Source of the DNA: Nitrospirota bacterium
GTDB taxonomy: Bacteria; Nitrospirota; Nitrospiria; Nitrospirales; Nitrospiraceae
NCBI GenBank assembly: GCA_963701855.1
Contig: CAVPBK010000013.1
Coordinates: 32,001-96,000, forward strand
DNA length: 64,000 nt
Direction of reading: 5' to 3'
Shown here: positions 57,120-64,000 of the stretch, piece by piece
Position numbering within the stretch: position 1 is the stretch's first letter
How the letters are laid out: each line of letters opens with the position of its first letter
Notes under the pieces: model-generated
Told to the model about the DNA's origin: nothing
Databases searched by the model: none
Seen by the model: the letters and a program-made list of their open reading frames with translations, nothing else
Position numbers and translations under genes: made by a program

Positions 57120-58124
57120 ATGTCTGAAGGCCCAATTACTTCCACGATCAACACCATGGCGGACGTCTGGGAGGCGTACCGCGATGAATTGGAGGGGATG
57201 GAACGACAGGCTCGGACAAACCTCGACTCCAGTGTGGCACTCGTCAATACCGTCGCCGCCCACATCCTGAACAGCGGCGGAAAGAGAATCCGACCATTTT
57301 TGCTGCTGCTCTCTGCCCGTCTCTGCGGCTATACCGGTCGCGATCATCACCAACTCGCCAGTCTGGTGGAGTTCATTCATACCGCGTCCCTGCTCCATGA
57401 CGATGTGGTCGACGAGGCCGATATCCGCCGAGGACGGCGAACCGCCAGAAAAGTCTGGGGCAACCAAATCAGTATCCTCGTCGGTGACTACCTCTACTCC
57501 AAAGCTTTCTGCCAAGTCGTCGACTTCCATAACCATGGGATTAACGAAGTGCTCGGCGATGCCTGTAAGAAGATGGCGGAAGGCGAAGTGCTTCAGCTCT
57601 ATTACAACGGCAACCCCTCCATGTCGGAAACGGAATATCTCAAGATTGTCGAATACAAAACGGCCGGCCTGATTGCCGCCGCTTGTCGCATGGGCGCTTT
57701 GCTCGCAGATGCTCCAGAGACCCAGCAGGATGCGCTCTTCCAGTTCGGCCTGCATCTTGGGATCGCCTTCCAAGTGGCCGACGATACGCTCGACTATACG
57801 GCCAATGGAGAACACTTAGGCAAGTCGCTGGGACAGGATCTCCGCCAAGGCAAAGCCACGCTGCCGCTGTTACATCTTCTGCATCATTGTTCGGAGCAGG
57901 ACCGGCAGATGATCGTCGACCGTATGGAACGCAGGTCCCTCACAGAGGAAGACCTTGGGCGATTCATCCACTTAATGGAAAAAATGGGCTCGATTACTTA
58001 TGCCATGGATCGCGCACGATCCTATATCGCTGCAGCCCAACAAGATCTCAACCAGTTCGAAGACAGTACGGCCAAACGAGCTCTCTCGGTGACCGCCGAC
58101 TACATGGTTACCCGCGACCGTTAG
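57120..58124 (+). CDS. Polyprenyl diphosphate synthase (IspB/HepT-like)
   Basis: GGKRIRP, LLHDDVVD..RRG, FQVADD, GKATLP. Confidence 0.93.
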   Translation: MSEGPITSTINTMADVWEAYRDELEGMERQARTNLDSSVALVNTVAAHILNSGGKRIRPFLLLLSARLCGYTGRDHHQLASLVEFIHTASLLHDDVVDEADIRRGRRTARKVWGNQISILVGDYLYSKAFCQVVDFHNHGINEVLGDACKKMAEGEVLQLYYNGNPSMSETEYLKIVEYKTAGLIAAACRMGALLADAPETQQDALFQFGLHLGIAFQVADDTLDYTANGEHLGKSLGQDLRQGKATLPLLHLLHHCSEQDRQMIVDRMERRSLTEEDLGRFIHLMEKMGSITYAMDRARSYIAAAQQDLNQFEDSTAKRALSVTADYMVTRDR

Positions 58125-58246
58125 TCTTTCTTCTGCGTGTTCCACGCCCCCGGGGCATCGGAAGGCGTCGCGCAGCGGGAAAGACCCACCCTTGGTGTCG
58201 TTGCGCCGCAACGACTATGACCACTTACAACGTAGAGGATTTCACT

Positions 58247-59572
58247 ATGTCGACGATTATTCCGTTTCATGGCACGCGGTACGATACGGCGGTTGTGGGA
58301 GATATCAAACAGGTTGCGGCGCCGCCCTACGACATCATCGACGCGGCTGGGCAGAAGGCCTTGCACGATCGCCATCCACAGAACATCATTCGGCTCGAAT
58401 TGGGATTCGATCAACCCGGCGACAGTCCAACTGAAAATCGATACACCCGTGCCGCATCAACCCTTCGCAATTGGCTGAAAAGCGGGGCATTGAAACCCGA
58501 TGCGCAGCCAACCCTCTACTACCATACGATCGAATACACACCGCCTTATGCTTCGTCCGGTTCGCCGACGAAAACTCTCAAGGGCTTTCTCGCCGCCGTC
58601 AAACTGGAAGCGCTCGACTCGGGGCATATCTACCCGCACGAGAACACACGCTCAGCCGCCAAAACAGATCGTCTGAATCTTCTCGAAGCCTGCAAAGCGA
58701 ACTTCAGCCCCATCTGGTCGCTCTACTCCGACCCTCAAGGGACGGTGATGGGCCTGCTGGAAGGAGCGGTGAAAGGGACACCTGCCCCGATCGACTTTCG
58801 CGACGATGTGGGATTCCGTCAGCAACTCTGGGCTGTGACGGATCCAGCCGTACTGAAGCACGTGGTCGAGGCCTTGCGCAGCAAACCGCTGTTTATTGCA
58901 GACGGCCACCATCGTTACGAGACGGCGTTGAACTATCAGAAGCTCCGTCGGCAACAGGCCGGACCGCCGGACGGCCAGCACTCATACGACGCGGTGCTGA
59001 TGCTGTTGACCGCCCTCGAAGACCCGGGCTTGACCGTACTCCCGACGCATCGGGTCACGACCACAACCTTGCCTCCTTATGATCATCTGCAATCATTGTT
59101 GGGCGCCACATTCGACCTGCAGGAATTTCCTTTCACCACAGACACGCAAGCAGCCACTCGCGAGAAATTTGTCGAAGCCTTGCGGACTCACGGCCGCACG
59201 ATTCCGATGTTTGGCCTGGCGTTGAAGGGAGACAGCCGCTACGTCACACTGAGCCTGAAACCGGCCCATCGTCCGCCCGCGCAAGCCTCTCCTCGCGCCA
59301 AGCTCGATGTGTCGCTGCTTCAACAACTCGTCGTCGCGACACTTTGTCCGACACCACAGGAACAAGAGGCCATCCTCTATACGAAGGATGACCATGAAGC
59401 CTTGGATTGGGTGGCGAAGGGAACGGGGACCGGGGCACTGCTGCTCAACGCGACGAAAGTCAGCGAAGTGCAAGCCGTCGCGACAGCCGGCGAACGTATG
59501 CCCCACAAATCGACGTACTTCTTCCCAAAACCACTGACTGGTCTTGTTGTGAATGTCCTGGAAAATCCGTGA
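58247..59572 (+). CDS. DUF1015 family protein
   Basis: APPYDII, PHENT, IADGHHRYET, MPHKSTYFFPK; GAGG RBS before 58247. Confidence 0.9.
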   Translation: MSTIIPFHGTRYDTAVVGDIKQVAAPPYDIIDAAGQKALHDRHPQNIIRLELGFDQPGDSPTENRYTRAASTLRNWLKSGALKPDAQPTLYYHTIEYTPPYASSGSPTKTLKGFLAAVKLEALDSGHIYPHENTRSAAKTDRLNLLEACKANFSPIWSLYSDPQGTVMGLLEGAVKGTPAPIDFRDDVGFRQQLWAVTDPAVLKHVVEALRSKPLFIADGHHRYETALNYQKLRRQQAGPPDGQHSYDAVLMLLTALEDPGLTVLPTHRVTTTTLPPYDHLQSLLGATFDLQEFPFTTDTQAATREKFVEALRTHGRTIPMFGLALKGDSRYVTLSLKPAHRPPAQASPRAKLDVSLLQQLVVATLCPTPQEQEAILYTKDDHEALDWVAKGTGTGALLLNATKVSEVQAVATAGERMPHKSTYFFPKPLTGLVVNVLENP

Positions 59573-59663
59573 GTGGCAAGGAGTGCGGCGTCAGGCGATG
59601 AATCAAGATACTCGTCCGAACGTGCAGTGGGGCGATATCACCTCACGCCTAACGGTACTGAAC

Positions 59664-61034
59664 ATGAAGGCCAAAATTCTCATTGTCGACGACGATCCCG
59701 ACATTGCCACGATGCTGGAGGATCGACTGCAGGCCTCCGATTATGGCACCGTGACCGCACGCGATGGAGTCGAGGCGCTCGAGCTGGTCGAGCGGGAAGC
59801 TCCGCACCTCATGTTGCTCGATCTGGATATGCCACGACTGACAGGCCTTGAGGTTCTCAAGCAGCTTCCGAAAATCAGACCCGCTGAAGGTCTCCCAGTA
59901 ATCGTCATGACCGCCCATGCTTCAATCGATGCCGCCGTCGAAGCTATGAAAACCGGCGCCTACGATTTTCTGACCAAACCGCTGGACAAAGACCACCTCC
60001 TCATCGTCATCGGCAAAGCCTTGGAGCGAGACAGCCTCAAACGGCAGGTGGCCTGCCTCAAGTCCGAAGTCGACAGCCGCTACGCCTCGATAGTAGGCAT
60101 GAGCGCGAAAATTCGTGCGGTGATGGAGTCGGCACAACGTGCCGCGAAGTCCGATGCCGGAGTGTTACTGCTTGGTGAAAGCGGAACAGGCAAAGAGCTC
60201 TTCGCCCGTTCCATCCACCAGTGGAGTCCGCGTCAGGCTATGCCGCTGGTGGTCATCAACTGCGTCGCCCTCACGGAAACGCTGCTCGAGAACGAACTTT
60301 TCGGACATGAACGCGGCGCCTTCACCGGCGCGGACCGCCTGCAAAAAGGCAAACTGGAGATGGCGGACGGAGGCACGATCTTCCTGGACGAGATCGGAGA
60401 CATGTCGCTCTCGCTGCAAGCCAAGCTCTTGCGTGTGCTCCAGGACAGGGAATTCCATCGAGTCGGCGGCACACGCCTCGTGTCGGTCAATATACGGATC
60501 ATCGCCGCCACGAACAAGGATCTCCGACAGGCCGTGAAAACCGGTGAGTTTCGCGAGGATCTTTTTTTTCGTTTAAATGTCATCAGCCTGACCCTGCCCC
60601 CGCTCCGCGAACGGCCCGATGACCTCCCTGCCCTGGCTAAATTTTTCTTGAACCGGCATGCCAGGGATGCAAAACGTCCCGGCATGATGTTCAGCTCCGC
60701 AGCCATGGAGGCCATGCAACGGTATCCTTGGCCAGGCAACATTCGCGAATTGGACAACGTCGTCGCCCGGGCCGTCGTCTTGAACCAGTCGGACACCATC
60801 GAACCGGACATGTTGTCGTTGGATGCCATGGGTCACACCTCGCCGAGCGAACCCCTCCCCTACCTCTCCCTTCCGTACCATGAGTCGATGGAACAACATA
60901 GCCGCTACATCATCGAGCACGCCATCGAACAAGCAGAGGGCAATCAGACGAAAGCCGCAGACCGCCTCAAGCTCCAGCGCACATACCTTGCCCGCTTGAT
61001 TAAGCAACAAAAGGTGAAATCGGAGCAGGATTAG
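59664..61034 (+). CDS. sigma54-dependent response regulator (NtrC/AtoC family)
   Basis: REC (ILIVDDD, LDLDMP, KP), GESGTGKE, GAFTGA, WPGNIREL, Fis HTH; start may be 59598. Confidence 0.93.
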   Translation: MKAKILIVDDDPDIATMLEDRLQASDYGTVTARDGVEALELVEREAPHLMLLDLDMPRLTGLEVLKQLPKIRPAEGLPVIVMTAHASIDAAVEAMKTGAYDFLTKPLDKDHLLIVIGKALERDSLKRQVACLKSEVDSRYASIVGMSAKIRAVMESAQRAAKSDAGVLLLGESGTGKELFARSIHQWSPRQAMPLVVINCVALTETLLENELFGHERGAFTGADRLQKGKLEMADGGTIFLDEIGDMSLSLQAKLLRVLQDREFHRVGGTRLVSVNIRIIAATNKDLRQAVKTGEFREDLFFRLNVISLTLPPLRERPDDLPALAKFFLNRHARDAKRPGMMFSSAAMEAMQRYPWPGNIRELDNVVARAVVLNQSDTIEPDMLSLDAMGHTSPSEPLPYLSLPYHESMEQHSRYIIEHAIEQAEGNQTKAADRLKLQRTYLARLIKQQKVKSEQD

Positions 61035-61039
61035 CGTCA

Positions 61040-61181
61040 GCACGCGAGCCAGGCGGGACGAGGGGGACTGGCGAGACAGGCTAAACGAGATGGGAACTTA
61101 TTCTATCCACATCGCGCCTTTCTCGCATTTCTCGCGCGTCACGCTCCATGGGCGCTGGCGGATTTTTTCTGCATCCTGCTA
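61040..61181. repeat. GCGAGA-type hairpin plus family A end
   Basis: GGCGAGACAGG units / TTCTCGC units, then GCTGGCGGATTTTTTCTGCATCCTG-CTA, where CTA is the stop of the murU-like gene. Confidence 0.65.
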
Positions 61182-61919
61182 TGCAAACAGCTGTCTTGAG
61201 GAGAGGGTGATGCGACCGGCTGATGCGTCATGCTCGGCCTGCGCATAGCGCTCCGGCGTCCCGATGTCCGACCAGTACCCTTCGCTGTCATACCCGAGCA
61301 CCGCTTCTCCTCGCTGAATTGCCGCCACATAGGGAGCGATGATCGATGATTCCTTGCCCTTGGACACATCGCGCAAAAGACGAGGATGAAGGACATGAAT
61401 CCCGGCGAACATGCGGGATTGGACCGGACCCAACTCTGATTTCCCCTGGCCGGTAATGCGGACGATACGGTTGTCCGAATCCATTTCCACGAGACCCCAC
61501 CGTGCAGCCTCAGGGTCTTTGCGCAGAACCAACGTCGCCACAGCATCGCGCTGCTGGTGAAATGCACACAACGCACCGAGGTCGAGCTCCACAAGCGTAT
61601 CGCCGTTGAGCACCAACACCGCCTCACCGGAAAAATACTGTTCCGCTTGTTTGAGGCCGCCTCCTGTACCCAAAATCACCGGCTCGCGCGAATAGATGAT
61701 TCGCAACCCGTAACTCGAACCGTTGCCCAACGCCTGTTCGATCATCGGTCCGAGGTGATGCAGATTGATCACCACCTCGTGGAACCCGTGCCGCTTCAGG
61801 AGCAAGAGATTCCACACGATCAACGGCGTACCCGCGATGGGGAGGAGCGGCTTCGGAATCGTGTTTGTGAGCGGTCTCAGGCGAGTTCCCAATCCCGCTG
61901 CGAGAATCATGGCTTTCAT
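61179..61919 (-). CDS. murU: Nucleotidyltransferase, MurU-like
   Basis: MKAMILAAGLGTRLRPLT..PKPL, LGTGGG, NGD, WSDIGTPE; downstream of the amgK-like gene. Confidence 0.78.
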   Translation of the reverse strand: MKAMILAAGLGTRLRPLTNTIPKPLLPIAGTPLIVWNLLLLKRHGFHEVVINLHHLGPMIEQALGNGSSYGLRIIYSREPVILGTGGGLKQAEQYFSGEAVLVLNGDTLVELDLGALCAFHQQRDAVATLVLRKDPEAARWGLVEMDSDNRIVRITGQGKSELGPVQSRMFAGIHVLHPRLLRDVSKGKESSIIAPYVAAIQRGEAVLGYDSEGYWSDIGTPERYAQAEHDASAGRITLSSRQLFA

Positions 61920-62009
61920 AGACGAGAGTGAACTGAGATGTTGAAGCGCTGAAGTGCGGAGATGAAATAACGGAAGTTCCATCGTTTCAGCTTATGTACT
62001 CACCTTTCG

Positions 62010-63113
62010 CTACTGTAGTTCCGGCACGTAGGGGGCGAGATGCTTCCTGAGCCGGTCCAATTCGGGATACTTCTGGAGATTGCGTTTGACATAGCTCAAG
62101 ACTCGCGGGATGTCGGCGAGGAAATTGGGATTGCCTTTGACGCGATCGATGTAGACAAATCGCCCCGCCGCTTTGAGGTTACGCTGGATGCTCGTGAAGT
62201 CGAACAGGCGGCGGAAGGCTTCTCGGTTGGTCCACACCTGTCGATGCGTCGCCAAGCCATCGAGGAAGCGGTCGATCAAGCGATCGATCAGCGCCTCGTC
62301 GAGTTCGATATAGGCATCGCGCAGAAGCGAGGCGAGGTCGTACGTCGCCGGCCCCATCAAGGCGTCTTGAAAGTCGATGACTCCCAGCCGTTCGCCATCG
62401 ACCATTAAATTGCGCGAATGATAGTCCCGGTGGACAAAGACGCGAGGTTGGCCGGCAAGCAACTCGGCAATGTTCTCGAATTCGCCCCGAATGGGCAGGT
62501 GATCGTTAGCGCACATCGGTTTCCCTTGCCTCGCTACAATTCCATACTCCAGAAAATGATCGAACTCCCACATGAGGAGCGGCACATCGAAACTTCGGTG
62601 GAACGCGAGACAATTCAGATCGGCTGGTGAGGTCGCCATCGATTGCATATGCACGAGGGCATCGACAGCCTGTGTATAGCGCGCTTCCACGTCTGCCACA
62701 CTCGCCCCGCGACAGGCTTCCGACAATGTGAGATCGCCAAAGTCTTCAAGATAGAGCAACCCTGCCGTCTGATCATAGTGATAGAGGCGCGGAACGGAGA
62801 CTCCGACTTTGGATAAATGGGAGAGGATGTTCAAAAACGGGAGTTCAGCGACCTGATGAGTCGACCCGCTGACGGCTTCTTCCGATTGCTTGAAGGCCTC
62901 CGGCTCGGCCAACTGCATGAGAATCACCGAGCGAACAGCGCTCCCAGTCAACTCGATGCGAAAATACCGGCGATTAGAGGCATCGCCTGCTAAAGGTACC
63001 AGTGCCTTGAATTGCCCCTCAAAGGGGAGCAAAGACTCGACCGTGGCAGCCATAAGAGCGGGATCCGGTAAGGCCAGTGGTTGTTTCGGCGCAGCAGGAT
63101 CAATAGTAGCCAT
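62010..63113 (-). CDS. amgK: Aminoglycoside phosphotransferase family, AmgK-like MurNAc/GlcNAc kinase
   Basis: GDASNRRYFR, LEDFGD, HRDYHSRNLM, IDFQDA, YDLASLLRD, QRNLKAAG. Confidence 0.82.
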   Translation of the reverse strand: MATIDPAAPKQPLALPDPALMAATVESLLPFEGQFKALVPLAGDASNRRYFRIELTGSAVRSVILMQLAEPEAFKQSEEAVSGSTHQVAELPFLNILSHLSKVGVSVPRLYHYDQTAGLLYLEDFGDLTLSEACRGASVADVEARYTQAVDALVHMQSMATSPADLNCLAFHRSFDVPLLMWEFDHFLEYGIVARQGKPMCANDHLPIRGEFENIAELLAGQPRVFVHRDYHSRNLMVDGERLGVIDFQDALMGPATYDLASLLRDAYIELDEALIDRLIDRFLDGLATHRQVWTNREAFRRLFDFTSIQRNLKAAGRFVYIDRVKGNPNFLADIPRVLSYVKRNLQKYPELDRLRKHLAPYVPELQ

Positions 63114-63168
63114 AGGCTGCGCATTATACTGGTGCGGGGAAACCTTGTCACTCAGAGGATGAGGGATA

Positions 63169-63262
63169 GAAGGGCACCCACATTGGTCCTGTGCTTCCGG
63201 AACGCGCGCCATCAGAAGGGTCTCGTTCGACGGCCGCACTAAGACCAACGTGGGTGTCCTTC
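63169..63262. repeat. Long hairpin / REP-like element
   Basis: GAAGGGCACCCACATTGGTC vs GACCAACGTGGGTGTCCTTC: 20-bp inverted repeat with 2 mismatches. Confidence 0.65.
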
Positions 63263-63626
63263 CTAGAGAGAAAAGCAAGCGAGCTTGGAAGGAACAATTA
63301 GATGGATGATGTTCGTCCGATGCGCACAGTACGGGGCAAGCGACCCGACCGTCAGTGGGGGCCCTTCTCCGCTTTGAAATTCAAGGGATTGCTCTGGCGG
63401 CCTAGATGCCCGACCAGCGGTTTAAGAAAGCGTTTTCACGACCCTACTCCAGCCTACTCTGGCTCACTCAGGCCAAGTCCAGCCAAGAGTTAAGAGAAAA
63501 GCGAACTTTGGCTGCAGTAGGCTGGAGTGAGTTGGAGTTGAGCACAATCGGCCCTCCGTTATTCGATCGGAATCAGCGCGCCGTTTATCTCGCTCGCGTG
63601 CTTGATGAGCCCGTCAAGCTATCGAG

Positions 63627-64000
63627 TCATTTCACCGGCGCTTTGATTGCCTCGCCTTCTTGCGAAAGCAGGAGTACCAGGAGCTTGGCCGGTTCAGTCT
63701 TGCTTGCATTTTTGGACACTATATGCGGCGTCTTAGGAGACTCATACCAGCTCTGGCCTTTTGTGTACGTGATCGGCTCGCCACCATCCAGTTGCGAGAC
63801 AACTGCCCCTTCTAGTACATAGGCGAACACCGAGCCGGGATGGACATGCGGGCCAGATGCAGCTCCCGGCGCATAGTCCACGGTCAACACTGTGGCTACT
63901 TTTCCGGCCATGTCGGCCAGAGACTGTTTCATCAGCACGGACACGGCATCTTCTGCCAGGGCTGGTGCCTGTCCCATAATTAGGCCCGCTCCGGTCAAGA
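63627..64000 (-). CDS. Exported cupin domain protein (5' partial)
   Basis: PGAASGPHVHPG, YVLEG, GQSWYE..PH, NASKTEPAKLL. Confidence 0.88.
   Translation of the reverse strand, partial: LTGAGLIMGQAPALAEDAVSVLMKQSLADMAGKVATVLTVDYAPGAASGPHVHPGSVFAYVLEGAVVSQLDGGEPITYTKGQSWYESPKTPHIVSKNASKTEPAKLLVLLLSQEGEAIKAPVK

Noticed and set aside
57683..58246. N-terminal extension of the DUF1015 ORF
   Set aside because: It overlaps the prenyl synthase out of frame; the RBS and family start point to 58247.

Overview
A moderately GC-rich bacterial chromosomal segment. Gene content and style suggest a Nitrospira-like organism, but that is inference. The core backbone comprises a GT2 glycosyltransferase, a caspase-fold lipoprotein, a cytochrome c, a long minus-strand run (xerD, tRNA-Val, tRNA-Asp, tolQRAB-pal, two cpoB-like genes, mutL, miaA, mtnP, PfkB kinase, TPR protein, rodZ), LppC-like/M50 protease/trpS, gltBD, a polyprenyl synthase, DUF1015, a sigma54 regulator and amgK-murU. 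There are three accessory elements. (1) After trpS lie a pseudogene, a CusCBA-type efflux operon and all six ebo genes, split into two convergent units next to a GAF gene. (2) At about 48.0-50.2 kb is an integrase-less integron cassette array (CALIN) with three attC sites, three orphan cassette genes (PIN-like, unknown, frameshifted ART/DUF2441-like) and its own candidate promoter, bracketed by a pair of inverted repeats. (3) A family of modular MITE-like elements shares ends but carries interchangeable hairpin cargo, and several copies sit exactly on host stop codons. Four single-base frameshifts (tolQ, xerD, eboF, one cassette gene) may be assembly errors. All calls come from reading motifs by eye; no database searches were run.
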